A stretch of DNA of 64,000 nucleotides from Candidatus Poribacteria bacterium. GTDB taxonomy: Bacteria > Poribacteria > WGA-4E > PCPOR2b. The notes under the pieces were generated by a model. It saw only the letters and a list, made by a program, of their open reading frames with translations. It did no database searches and had not been told where the DNA came from. Position numbers and translations under genes: made by a program. The stretch lies in contig OZ244042.1 of assembly GCA_965215015.1 (NCBI GenBank), forward strand, positions 1,152,001 to 1,216,000. The letters are read 5' to 3'. This document shows, one piece after another, positions 1-9,831 of the stretch (position 1 is its first letter; every line of letters begins with the position of its first letter).

Positions 1-2
1 CC

Positions 3-650
3 ACTTTTGCTAAAGCAGGGGCAAAGGTGGTTCTAGCTGCACGGAGTGCCGATAAGCTCGCAGCGTTGGCGGAAGAGATTGGCGAGAATGCGATCGCCTG
101 CCCGACCAATGTTCAAAATGTAACAGCCGTAGATAGGCTCATTGCAACAACGTTAGAACACTTCGGACGAATCGATGTGCTCGTCTACCTCACCGGCACC
201 AACATTCCCGAACGGAGTCTTGAAGTGTTATCCAATGAAACGTGGGATATGATGATTCAGACGAATCTGACCGGAGCGTTTTACTGCACGAAAGCGGTCC
301 TACCAACGATGCGCGATCAAAAGGATGGCTTGATTATCTATGTCTCTAGTGGAGCGGTGCAGCGTCCCGATACCTCTGGCGTCTCCTATCAAGCAACCAA
401 GCACGGGATGGTCGGTCTCGCTCACGGCACGTTCCAAGAAGAAAAAGAAAACGGCATCCGCACCTCAATGCTCTTCCCCGGTTTGACCGATACACCCCTC
501 GTCCTGCAACGTCCAGTGCCAACCCCACCCGAAGTGATGGCAAAATCCCTACAACCACAGGATGTTGCAGATGCGTGTCTATTGGTTGCTTCACTGCCAG
601 CGCGGGTTTATGTTCCGGAGTTAATTATGCTGCCTACGGGCTTGGCGTAG
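3..650 (+). CDS. SDR family oxidoreductase, 5'-truncated by the window edge
   Basis: Frame is open from position 3 (TFAKAGAKVVLAAR); FGRIDVLV, NLTGAF and YQATK (YxxxK) catalytic motif. Confidence 0.9.
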   Translation, partial: TFAKAGAKVVLAARSADKLAALAEEIGENAIACPTNVQNVTAVDRLIATTLEHFGRIDVLVYLTGTNIPERSLEVLSNETWDMMIQTNLTGAFYCTKAVLPTMRDQKDGLIIYVSSGAVQRPDTSGVSYQATKHGMVGLAHGTFQEEKENGIRTSMLFPGLTDTPLVLQRPVPTPPEVMAKSLQPQDVADACLLVASLPARVYVPELIMLPTGLA

Positions 651-737
651 TCTGAATCACGATTGGCAATGCTAAAGCGTTTAATCATATACAGGGACTC
701 TCTGTTTTTCCAACCGCTATCTAATCAAAAACTACAA

Positions 738-2900
738 ATGGTTAAGGGACTCATCTCTTTACTTATTCTTTCAATCTTAATTCCAACAAATCTCTTCGCC
801 GAAGAAGATTTGCTTATCAAGATTTCCGAAAGTTCTAATCGACACCTCCAGTTTCTGCAAGCCCATCATAAGGTCAAGTTACGCTACCGCACACGCGATT
901 TTGCTATCATTCAGGTCCCGTTGAATTCCGGCTCCATCGGGGCGAGTCAGAATGTGTTGACCGAGCTGCCAGACCCACAAATTTTAGATACAGTTACGCA
1001 CGGTTTTAACTATTATGTTCTTTGGCTCCCCTCAGCGGAAGAGCGAGCGGCAATTGAGGTGTATGGAGAAATTCTACACCAGTTCGGTGGATTTTCCCTG
1101 CTCAAGTTGCACACCAATCTTGAATCTGTCCTGTTAGACCTGCCTATACATCAACGTGCGAAATTGCCCGTCAATATTGTTCTGCCCGAATTCCAGCCGC
1201 CCTCATTCGCACCAAGTATACCGGCCTCGCCACAGCAGCAATCAGTGATTCAAGGTCTGCTCAATCAGGCGGATGGCCTCCGATGGCTTTGGCAGACTAT
1301 TACCCTCGTTGAGAATGAGGACCTCCAGCGGCCGGGGCAGTTTTTCCGAAGCCGGTACGCCCTCCGAGTCCGCGATGCTGTTCAATTTGATGACAATCCG
1401 AAACCCGATCACGCCTGCGATAACTCCGCAGAGTACATCGCCCAACAGTTTCGCAGCTACGGTCTAGAAGTCGAATTTGACCCCTTTGACCACCGGCGTC
1501 GATCCGCACTTGGGGCGTTAATTGGCGAATACGTCATGCGGAATGTGGTCGCCACGCTACCGGGTAAGGGACCCAACAAACATCGAATCTACCTGATGGT
1601 GGGGCATTATGACAGCATCGCTTCCAAGACCCCCGGTTGGGACGGGGGGTGGAGAAGGATGGCAGCCCCGGGGGCTTCCGACAACGCGTCAGGCATCGCC
1701 GAAATGCTGGAGACGGCGCGCATTCTCAGTCAACAAGACTTTGACTTCACCATTCGATTTGTCGCTTTTTCGGGAGAAGAGCTGTTTCTATTCGGAAGCA
1801 AACACTATGCACAGTTGGTTCAGGAGCGCGGAGATGACATCGCCGGCGTCATGAACTTCGATCTCCTAGGACATGACCCGGACGGGAACTTAGATATCCA
1901 TGTGCTTGGCGATGAGCAGTCACAATGGCTCGTCAACGCTTTCGGCACCGCTGCAGAACGATACAAACTGCCAATCGATCTGCGCCTGAAAAACGACCCC
2001 AGTTTTATCTTCAGCGATCATTCCCCATTTTGGGACCTCGGTATCCCAGCGGTGATGGTAGCGGAGGAATCATCCCTCGATATGCCGGACGAATCAACTG
2101 AATATATCCACAGCCAAGAGGATGACCTGACAAAAATCTCGATACCACTGTTGGGGGAATTGGCTATCAAGTTAGCCGTGGCGACCCTCGCCGAACTCGC
2201 TCGCCCCATCGTTGGGCCAGGCGATCCGCTTAATCCTGACCTCTTTTGGGAATCCGAAGGAATCAGCGTTTCCAATCCCTCTCCTACTAAAGGGGATGAA
2301 ATTACAATCACCGCGGATGTGATAAACGCAGGACCCGGCCCCGTTGAAAACATCACAGTGCAGTTTATCGTTGTCAACCCCGACGGAACCGCCGACACCC
2401 TACCCGAACAAAGCGTAGACCTGAGTGTCAATCAACCGAAAACGGTCACCGATCGCTTCACACCAGCCACTTGGGGCATCCTTACCCTCCGTGCCCTAGT
2501 GAACGACGATGCGCGTGTCTTTGAGTCCAATTTCAACAACAATCAGATCGAAACCGAATTGACGGTGGCGAACCCGCGCGTAACAATCGAACATATCATC
2601 GCTTACCCCAATCCGCTCCGTCTCAATCAGCAAGGGGCTACCAAGTTGACGTATGTGCTAAGTCGTGATGCAGAGGTCGTTATCTCCATTTACGACGCCG
2701 TCGGTGAGCAGATCCTTGAAAGTGCATTTCTCGCGGGAGACAACGGCGGGCGATTGGGCGCAAATGACGCCTTTACTTGGGAAGGCAGACGGAACTTTTT
2801 TGATCTTGTCACGCCCGGCGTCTACATCTGCCGAATCACCGCAACCGATGCAGATGGTGAATCACAGACAAAAGGCACAAAAATCGCTGTGATTCGGTAG
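738..2900 (+). CDS. Secreted M28-family metallopeptidase with CARDB and C-terminal FlgD/Ig-like domains
   Basis: Signal peptide after ATG 738; GHYDS, GASDNASG, FSGEE and SDH zinc-peptidase motifs; ESNFNNN CARDB motif; YPNP..WEGR..PGVY C-terminal domain. Confidence 0.85.
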   Translation: MVKGLISLLILSILIPTNLFAEEDLLIKISESSNRHLQFLQAHHKVKLRYRTRDFAIIQVPLNSGSIGASQNVLTELPDPQILDTVTHGFNYYVLWLPSAEERAAIEVYGEILHQFGGFSLLKLHTNLESVLLDLPIHQRAKLPVNIVLPEFQPPSFAPSIPASPQQQSVIQGLLNQADGLRWLWQTITLVENEDLQRPGQFFRSRYALRVRDAVQFDDNPKPDHACDNSAEYIAQQFRSYGLEVEFDPFDHRRRSALGALIGEYVMRNVVATLPGKGPNKHRIYLMVGHYDSIASKTPGWDGGWRRMAAPGASDNASGIAEMLETARILSQQDFDFTIRFVAFSGEELFLFGSKHYAQLVQERGDDIAGVMNFDLLGHDPDGNLDIHVLGDEQSQWLVNAFGTAAERYKLPIDLRLKNDPSFIFSDHSPFWDLGIPAVMVAEESSLDMPDESTEYIHSQEDDLTKISIPLLGELAIKLAVATLAELARPIVGPGDPLNPDLFWESEGISVSNPSPTKGDEITITADVINAGPGPVENITVQFIVVNPDGTADTLPEQSVDLSVNQPKTVTDRFTPATWGILTLRALVNDDARVFESNFNNNQIETELTVANPRVTIEHIIAYPNPLRLNQQGATKLTYVLSRDAEVVISIYDAVGEQILESAFLAGDNGGRLGANDAFTWEGRRNFFDLVTPGVYICRITATDADGESQTKGTKIAVIR

Positions 2901-2928
2901 GTTTCGGTCAAGAGGCAAGGGAGAAAAA

Positions 2929-4068
2929 ATGCACACAACACCCAATCGACAAACCACTCCCAAGCACGTTCTCATCAGCGTTGCCGGACTTTCACCGCAG
3001 GTCATCACGGAAACCCTCTACCACTACTGGTGCCTCGTTTCACCGCCCGTCCCAATCACCGAAGTTTTTGCCTTGACCACATTACGTAGCAAGCAAGCTG
3101 TGGAGGATACACTTCTCGGAGATAACGGGAAGCTTAAAGCCCTTTGCAACGACTACAACCTGCCACCAATCCATCTCGATATAGCGAATGTTCATCTCCT
3201 GAAGGGGGCGCACGGGCAGCCACTAAAAGACATTTCAAGTGTGATCGACAATGAAGCCCTCGCAGACCAGATTTTTAGCTTCGTGCGAAAGTTAGCTACT
3301 TCGACCGATATCTGTCTCCACGCCTCTATCGCAGGGGGGCGCAAAACCATGGGGCTTTATCTCGGCTTGGCGATGCAATTTTACGGCAAACCGGGCGATA
3401 CCCTTTCTCATGTCCTCGTGAATCCTGAACTTGAAAATCAGGAGTTTTTCTATCCACCGCCAAACGGTGCCGAGGTCGTTTTGAGGGATGGACGTACAAT
3501 TCCCGCAAATCAGGTTCGGCTTGAGCTTGCCGAAATCCCACTGCTGCTACTTAGGGAGAAAATCCCTTTTCTCAAGGGACACACTGACGCTAGCTACACG
3601 GAGTTAATCGAAATTGCTCAACGGGAGTATAATGCGTTGCAAGCGATTTTCCCTGTCGTTGTTGATACATGCTCCCGTTGCTTAGAAATTGGAGAGATCA
3701 CCATCAAGCTCACACCCCTTGAACTCGGGCTCTACCTGTTTTTTGCACGGCAGCATCTAGAGCATAAAGGTGAAGGCAGATACTCTATTTCACGTTCTGA
3801 AATCCGGGACGGGGTTCTAACGGACGCGCTTAGGAGTACTATACCTCAAATTCACGTACGAGACCTTCGCCTAGAGGAATTGAAAGGTTGGGACAGCGAT
3901 CCGACTAACCGCTTTTCGCAAACCCGATCCAATATCAATAGAAAAATTAGAGAGGGGTTGGCTAACACTGAGTCTGCTCACTATCAAATTCAATCTTGGG
4001 GTACAGACAATATCTATTACGGGTTGACACTTGCCAAAGACCGCCTCTACCTCCAACAGCACGCATAG
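2929..4068 (+). CDS. CRISPR-associated CARF protein, Cas_NE0113 (Crn1/Csx14-like) family, with C-terminal winged-HTH-like domain
   Basis: VAGLSPQVITETLY and HASIAGGRKTMG CARF motifs; IKLTPLELGLYLFF..RSNINRKI resembles an OmpR-type wHTH; directly upstream of cas10. Confidence 0.8.
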   Translation: MHTTPNRQTTPKHVLISVAGLSPQVITETLYHYWCLVSPPVPITEVFALTTLRSKQAVEDTLLGDNGKLKALCNDYNLPPIHLDIANVHLLKGAHGQPLKDISSVIDNEALADQIFSFVRKLATSTDICLHASIAGGRKTMGLYLGLAMQFYGKPGDTLSHVLVNPELENQEFFYPPPNGAEVVLRDGRTIPANQVRLELAEIPLLLLREKIPFLKGHTDASYTELIEIAQREYNALQAIFPVVVDTCSRCLEIGEITIKLTPLELGLYLFFARQHLEHKGEGRYSISRSEIRDGVLTDALRSTIPQIHVRDLRLEELKGWDSDPTNRFSQTRSNINRKIREGLANTESAHYQIQSWGTDNIYYGLTLAKDRLYLQQHA

Positions 4069-4107
4069 GATACGCGCATGTTAAGGAATCATGCACAACC
4101 CCTAAGA

Positions 4108-4250
4108 ACCCCCCTCGGTCCCCCCGCAAGCAGGGGGAAGAGAACCGTGTGGGTATTCGGGGTTATGGGGGTATCCCAAAGAACTCTACCTCCCAAGCCC
4201 CCCTCGGTCCCCCCGCAGGCGGGGGGAAGAGCGCAAGCGGAGGGGAATGG
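4108..4250. repeat. Dispersed C/G-rich hairpin element (CCCCCCGCAAGCRGGGGG), two arms
   Basis: Related copies at about 9535-9600 and 38266-38441; GAAGAG(A/T)ACCGTGTGGGTATTCGGG is shared between about 4137 and about 38406. Confidence 0.75.
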
Positions 4251-4312
4251 GTTACCCCTAAAGGATTTTTGATAAAAACTGAGTTGCTACGATAAAAATT
4301 GAATTGTTATCC

Positions 4313-4341
4313 TTGAAAGTGCTCAGAACGAGAGATATACT
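4313..4341 (+). promoter_or_regulatory. Putative sigma70 promoter of the csm operon
   Basis: TTGAAA-17 nt-TATACT, 34 nt upstream of the cas10 ATG at 4376. Confidence 0.5.
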
Positions 4342-4375
4342 TATGCCAAAATCTCAAATCTCAAGAGGTGACCGT

Positions 4376-6688
4376 ATGCTCCAAGACATTGAACGCTTAC
4401 AGCTTGCCGCCCTGCTCCACGACATCGGGAAATTTCGGCAACGGACGATTGCAACACCTCCCTTTCGCCCTCATGAAAGGCACGGTTGGGAGTTTGTAAC
4501 AGCAGACTTTAGAGGCTTCTTTCACCCATGCGGCGATGATTTGGGCGATGCGATTCTAAACCACCATTCTAGGCAAAAAAAGGAGATTGAAAAACAGGTA
4601 ACCTTGGCAGACCGGCTCTCCGCCAAGGAGCGCGAGACCGAACAGCGCGAGCAGGAGAAACCTTCCGACGCCGCGTTGGTCTCGATTATGTCGCGTTTAC
4701 AAGTCCCTGACACACCGCGACCAACAACGGAATTGCGATATGATCTCAATCCATTAGACATCCGCCGAGAGACTATTTTTCCAACAGAGGAAGGCTCTGT
4801 TGACCCGGGCCGGTACGAGGAGCTCTGGGGAGAGTTCAGTCGAGAGCTGCAGCGATTGGCGGCTGAACGAGGCTATCAGTCTGTGGACTATCAAACGCTT
4901 GTCGCGCTCCTGCACAAATACACCGCCCGTATGCCTTCTGCGCCCCAGTGGGAGAGAGGAACCGAGCAGACTATTCCCGATGTGTCGCTCTACGATCACC
5001 TCCGCACAACGGCGGCAATCGCAGCGTGTGTCCATCGGGAAATTGCCCCCGATGATTTGAATGGCTACCTCAACCGGTTTCCTGAACAACCTTTATGCAC
5101 CTTGCTCAAAGGCGATATTTCAGGGCTCCAGAATTTCCTCTACCGGATTGAGTCGGAAGGCGCATCGCGGGAGTTGCGCGGGCGGTCGTTCTACCTTCAA
5201 CTGTTGACGGAGGCGATTGCACAGTGGATCTTGCGGCGATTTGACCTACCGATAACGAATCTGCTACTTGCAACCGGTGGGCACTTCTACCTGCTTTTGC
5301 CCCATAGAAAGGCTACGGAGGAGATCGACGCGCTCCACTCCGAGATTGCCGAAAAACTGTGGGGGGCACATCGGGAAGAACTTTCGGTTCTTCTGGCGGG
5401 TGTCCCTGTAACAGCGAAAAATTTCGAGAAATTTTCCAGTAAATGGGACTCAGTTTCAGCGGAAGTCAACCGGCGGAAGCAGACGAAGTGGCGGGAGCTA
5501 GCGACGGAGAAGATGTTTGACCTCTTTTTCACACCTCGCAACGAACGGGAAACAGAGGACTACGGATTCCCGGAACTTGGGAGGCAATTACGGGATGTCA
5601 AATATCTTGTCGCCTTTGAGATTCCTGAGCAACCGATTTCCGATAGACCGGATTGGCGTGAAGTCATCAGCAGCTTTGGGTTAGAGATTCACCTCGTCGA
5701 CAAACCGGAAGACAAGCCGCCTCCGCCCCGTGACACAACCTGTGCAACGGTATATCGGCTCGATTCAACCGATTTTCTTTCTGACGAAATTCTCGAAAGC
5801 TTCCGATGGGGAAACCTCCCCGTGAGCTACGATTTCCGCCTCCTGCCGCAGGTCATCCCACGCAGACCGGATAGCGATGCGGTGGCAGACTTCGACCAAC
5901 TCGCCGACGCGTCGGAAGGGACAAAGTGGCTCGGCGTGTTGCGGATGGATGTAGACAATCTCGGGAGGTTGTTCAAGGACGGGCTTGGCGAGAGTGCGAC
6001 AATTTCGCGGATGTCCACGTTGAGCGAATCGGTGCGGCTCTTCTTTGAAGGCTACGTCCCGAAACTCTGCCGCGATTACAACCACCGTCGCACGCCTGAA
6101 ATTTTGGAGTTAATCTACGCAGGCGGCGACGACCTTTTTCTCGTCGGTGGGTGGAGTGCCCTCCCCCAAATCGCACGACAGATTCGGGACGAATTTCGTG
6201 AATTTGTCGGCGGCGGGCATGTCACCCTTTCGGGGGGCATCGCGATCGAGCATAAAAAGTACCCGCTCTACCAATTGGCGAGCGACGCCGGCAACGCGCT
6301 TGATGATAACGCAAAAGAGTTACGGAAAGAGAAGGACGCCCTTAGCTTCCTGCAAAAACCGATGCCTTGGGAAGAGTTCAACCAGGTCGACGAGTGGCAT
6401 AAACGACTGTTTGACGCAGTCAGTAGTGAAAAGCCGTTGCCAAGCGGATTCCTTACACGCTTGAGCGAGATCTACCATCTCTACGAGAGCGACAAAGAGA
6501 GCCACAGCAAATGGGCTTGGCGGCTCATTTATCATCTGAGTCGTGCCAAGCAGATGTACAGAAGTCATACCGACCTGATTGACGACCTGCGTCGAGGGTT
6601 GGTTCGCAATCACAGTGAAGAAGGTGAACTCCTTAAATTTCTCCGCGTCATCGTACGTTGGACAACTTTACAAACAAGGGAGGATTAA
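4376..6688 (+). CDS. cas10: Type III-A Cas10/Csm1
   Basis: HD nuclease LLHDIGKF, SLYDHLRTTAAIA, GDISGLQNF, LRGRSFYL, RMDVDNLG and intact YAGGDD cyclase motif; GAGGTG SD before ATG 4376. Confidence 0.97.
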   Translation: MLQDIERLQLAALLHDIGKFRQRTIATPPFRPHERHGWEFVTADFRGFFHPCGDDLGDAILNHHSRQKKEIEKQVTLADRLSAKERETEQREQEKPSDAALVSIMSRLQVPDTPRPTTELRYDLNPLDIRRETIFPTEEGSVDPGRYEELWGEFSRELQRLAAERGYQSVDYQTLVALLHKYTARMPSAPQWERGTEQTIPDVSLYDHLRTTAAIAACVHREIAPDDLNGYLNRFPEQPLCTLLKGDISGLQNFLYRIESEGASRELRGRSFYLQLLTEAIAQWILRRFDLPITNLLLATGGHFYLLLPHRKATEEIDALHSEIAEKLWGAHREELSVLLAGVPVTAKNFEKFSSKWDSVSAEVNRRKQTKWRELATEKMFDLFFTPRNERETEDYGFPELGRQLRDVKYLVAFEIPEQPISDRPDWREVISSFGLEIHLVDKPEDKPPPPRDTTCATVYRLDSTDFLSDEILESFRWGNLPVSYDFRLLPQVIPRRPDSDAVADFDQLADASEGTKWLGVLRMDVDNLGRLFKDGLGESATISRMSTLSESVRLFFEGYVPKLCRDYNHRRTPEILELIYAGGDDLFLVGGWSALPQIARQIRDEFREFVGGGHVTLSGGIAIEHKKYPLYQLASDAGNALDDNAKELRKEKDALSFLQKPMPWEEFNQVDEWHKRLFDAVSSEKPLPSGFLTRLSEIYHLYESDKESHSKWAWRLIYHLSRAKQMYRSHTDLIDDLRRGLVRNHSEEGELLKFLRVIVRWTTLQTRED

Positions 6689-6689
6689 G

Positions 6690-7100
6690 ATGGGACAACA
6701 TCACAGAGGTAATCGCAATTCTCAACAGGGGCGCAATAGCGGTTCTACGAGAGACAAACTGGATGCCAGAGTTATCACTGAAGGTGGTGAAATTTTGGTA
6801 AAAGAGGCAGAGCAGCGTGGGCGGCAACTCGCGAAGGGGTTGACAACATCTCAGATTCGCAATATCTACAGTGCGGTCAAGAAGATGCAGATGAAGGGCG
6901 AACTTGACACACACAAGCTCTTGATGCTCAAGCCGAAGCTCGCATACGCCGCAAAGCGACACGGCGGAGGTGTCAATACGCTGAAGGATGTTCTGACACA
7001 GGCAATTGATCTTGTGGGAAGCGATTCAAAGAAATTCAATCGGTTTGTCGATTTCTTTGAGGCAATTTTAGCGTATCACAAATTCCACGGTGGAAATTAA
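6690..7100 (+). CDS. csm2: Type III-A small subunit Csm2
   Basis: TTSQIRNIY, LKPKLAYAAKR, FVDFFEAILAYHK motifs; GGAGG SD before ATG 6690. Confidence 0.95.
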   Translation: MGQHHRGNRNSQQGRNSGSTRDKLDARVITEGGEILVKEAEQRGRQLAKGLTTSQIRNIYSAVKKMQMKGELDTHKLLMLKPKLAYAAKRHGGGVNTLKDVLTQAIDLVGSDSKKFNRFVDFFEAILAYHKFHGGN

Positions 7101-7111
7101 GGAGGAGCGAA

Positions 7112-7942
7112 ATGGCAAGCATTCAACTACAAGGGAAGATCTTTATCACAGGTGAAATTGAAGCGACGACAGGACTACACATCGGTGGAAGCGCGGGTGA
7201 GTTGGACATCGGCGGTGTGGATAACCCCGTCATCCGAAACCCGCTCACGCGTGAGCCGTACATCCCCGGTTCATCGCTGCGCGGCAAGATGCGATCTCTG
7301 CTTGACCGGCACCTCGACCGACCCCTGAATAAACCTATCCGTCGGGGTCGCCCACAGGTTCGCGTCCACGAGTGCAATAGGTTGGCTGACTACAAGGACT
7401 GTTCGGTTTGTCAAGTATTCGGTATCGCTCCAAACCGCGACATGGACGACACGATGCCCACGCGTCTGATTGTCCGCGACGCGCTTCTGACCCCTGAAGC
7501 GAGGGAGCGTTTTGACCAAATTGACACCGATATGCCGTATACAGAGGTCAAAACCGAGGTTGCAATTGACCGCATCACTTCGGCGGCAACGCCACGCCAG
7601 AGCGAACGTGTGCCCGCAGAGGCAACCTTCGGTCCGATGGAGATGATCTATAGTCTCTACACTCTCGACACCGATTCCAAGGGAGGCGTTGACCGTGAAA
7701 TCGCACTTTTTGACGCGGTGTTGATGGGCATGGAACTGCTCGAAGATGATTATCTCGGTGGCTCCGGGTCACGCGGCTCAGGGAAAATTGCCTTCCGTGA
7801 TTTGGAGATGACCTTCAAATCCCGAAAGCATTACGAAGCCCCCCAGTCGGCCCCTGTTACCACCCTTGCCGACGGGGATGGTGTTGCGGCATTGCGGAAG
7901 GCGAATTACCGTAGCCAGATTTTAAGCGCAATCCAGGCGTAG
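7112..7942 (+). CDS. csm3: Type III-A RAMP Csm3
   Basis: TGLHIGG, catalytic GGVDNPV, PYIPGSSLRGKMR, LGGSGSRGSG loop. Confidence 0.97.
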   Translation: MASIQLQGKIFITGEIEATTGLHIGGSAGELDIGGVDNPVIRNPLTREPYIPGSSLRGKMRSLLDRHLDRPLNKPIRRGRPQVRVHECNRLADYKDCSVCQVFGIAPNRDMDDTMPTRLIVRDALLTPEARERFDQIDTDMPYTEVKTEVAIDRITSAATPRQSERVPAEATFGPMEMIYSLYTLDTDSKGGVDREIALFDAVLMGMELLEDDYLGGSGSRGSGKIAFRDLEMTFKSRKHYEAPQSAPVTTLADGDGVAALRKANYRSQILSAIQA

Positions 7943-7952
7943 GGAGGGGATC

Positions 7953-8933
7953 ATGTTAAAACATGTCACCTACCATCTTAACTTTCGCTCGTCCCTCCAT
8001 CTCGGTCGGCGCGGGGTTGGGTTGGAGGAAACCAAGATCTCAATCCCAGCGGACACCCTCTTTTCAGCAATCTGTCAGACGTGGCGGACCTTTTACGGGG
8101 AGGAATGTCTCACCGAATTTTTGGCTCAGTACAAAACGGGTGAACCGTTTCTGTTGACCTCTGCCTTTCCCTTTGCGGGCGATATCAGATTCTTCCCCAA
8201 GCCGCTAATCGATCTCAAGGTTCATGCGGACGATAATCGCAAAAAACTCAAGAAGGTTCGCTACCTCTCCGAGAGACGTTTTCGTCAAATTGTCAACGAT
8301 GATTCGATTGCGTTTGAATCCAATGACTTCATCAACGACGGACAACTCTGGATTCACGACGATGAACGGGCACAATTTCAAGATAATCCCATCGTTTGGA
8401 AACCTGATAAGAGGCCTCGTGTAACCGTTGACCGTCAATCGTCCGCATCGGAAATTTGGTACTTAGGAAATGTTAAGTTTAGCGAAGGATGTGGGTTGTG
8501 GTTCGATGCGAAATTTGAGGCAGAGGAGACCCAAACGCGAATCGAAACAATCCTCCGTGTACTCGGTGATACGGGCATCGGTGGTGAGCGGAGTGCAGGA
8601 TACGGTATCTTTGACCTCCATAGTAAACCAGCCGAGATTGAATCAGACCGAGAGATGGATCGGTTTGTTACACTCTCACCGGTCTGCCCCCGAGATGCCA
8701 ATGAGTTGAACCGACTCATCCAAGGCGATGTCGGTTATATGTTGGAGGAGCGCTCCGGTTGGATCGGTTCTGCTGAGGGGAGCCACCTACGTCGTCAACA
8801 GGTCTGGATGTTTGCGGAAGGCTCCGTATTGAGTGGGAATGGTAGGCGAGTAGGTCGTCTGGTGGACCTGAAACCCGATCCGTGTCCCCATCCGGTCTGG
8901 CGATACGCCTACGCATGGCCCCTAAAGATTTGA
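7953..8933 (+). CDS. csm4: Type III-A RAMP Csm4
   Basis: PADTLFSAI, LTSAFPF, GIGGERSAGYG, MFAEGSV. Confidence 0.95.
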   Translation: MLKHVTYHLNFRSSLHLGRRGVGLEETKISIPADTLFSAICQTWRTFYGEECLTEFLAQYKTGEPFLLTSAFPFAGDIRFFPKPLIDLKVHADDNRKKLKKVRYLSERRFRQIVNDDSIAFESNDFINDGQLWIHDDERAQFQDNPIVWKPDKRPRVTVDRQSSASEIWYLGNVKFSEGCGLWFDAKFEAEETQTRIETILRVLGDTGIGGERSAGYGIFDLHSKPAEIESDREMDRFVTLSPVCPRDANELNRLIQGDVGYMLEERSGWIGSAEGSHLRRQQVWMFAEGSVLSGNGRRVGRLVDLKPDPCPHPVWRYAYAWPLKI

Positions 8934-8985
8934 CGTACTTCCACCCCTAAAGGATTTTTGATAAATGCGGGAGGCTCATAAAGTC

Positions 8986-9453
8986 GTAGGCACGATTCGC
9001 GTGCCGTAAACCCCACAACGTTATGGCATATGGCTTGACTAAGACGCAACTGCCATTAAATTCCCAACCCCGTCGGCGGGTGCTGCATCTGCGATTCAGA
9101 TAATTATTATGAACACGCCTCATGTATGTAGTAGGGTGATTAATCACCTGTTGTGACGCGCAATGAATTGCGCTACTACAAACTGAAAAAAGTGGTAAGC
9201 ACGATTCGCGTGCCGCAAACCCCACAACGTTATGGCATATGGCTTGACTAAGACGCAACTGCTATTCAACTCCCAACTCTGTCGGCGGATGGTGGATCTA
9301 CGATTCAGATAATTTTATGAACACGCCTCATGTATGTAGTAGGGTGATTAATCACCCGTTGTGACGCGCAATGAACGCGCTACTACAAACTGAAAAAAGT
9401 GGTAAGCACGATCTGCGTGCCGCAAACCCCACAACGTTATGGCATATGGCTTG
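8986..9453. repeat. Tandem ~208-bp repeat (about 2.2 copies) built from GTAG-hairpin REP-like units
   Basis: Units start at 8986, 9195 and 9402; the full units contain GGCACGATTCGCGTGCC-type, GTAGTAGGGTGATTAATCACC and GCGCAATGAA(TT)GCGCTACTAC hairpins. Confidence 0.9.
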
Positions 9454-9831
9454 GCTTCATCAGGTTAAACAGTCCCTAATCCAATGATGCAACGGAAACC
9501 TCCGCTCCATTGTTCAAGCTCGTGACCTTCTCGGTTCTCCCTGCAGCGGGGAGAAGAACCCCCCTGTTTCCCCCCGCAAGCGGGGGGACATAGGAGGCAA
9601 AATCTGTGAAATCGAAACTGAAAACGGCGCGGAGGAGCGCAAGTGGGGGACCTCCGTAATCTTAGCGAACCGGTTCTATTTTGTGGAGCTTTGATGGATG
9701 TTTTGCTACTCTTTGCGTATGTCTATAGAATCGCGAGGCCTCTGATGCCTATGCTCCGGAGGAGCACAATGTGTAGGATGCATCAGTTCAATCAACCAAT
9801 GAACTAATGAACCAATACAATCGGGGAAAAT

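Noticed and set aside
4078-4295. Short ORFs over the C/G-rich element (also 8947-9258 and 38141-38374)
   Set aside because: They lie on non-coding dispersed repeats and have Pro/Gly-rich low-information translations
9008-9025. ACCCCACAA in the 208-bp repeat matches the reverse strand of the cas8 promoter after a TCA, suggesting a CreR-like guide
   Set aside because: Only 8-9 nt, the preceding sequence lacks the ATTGAAAC handle, and the unit is explained as a REP mosaic
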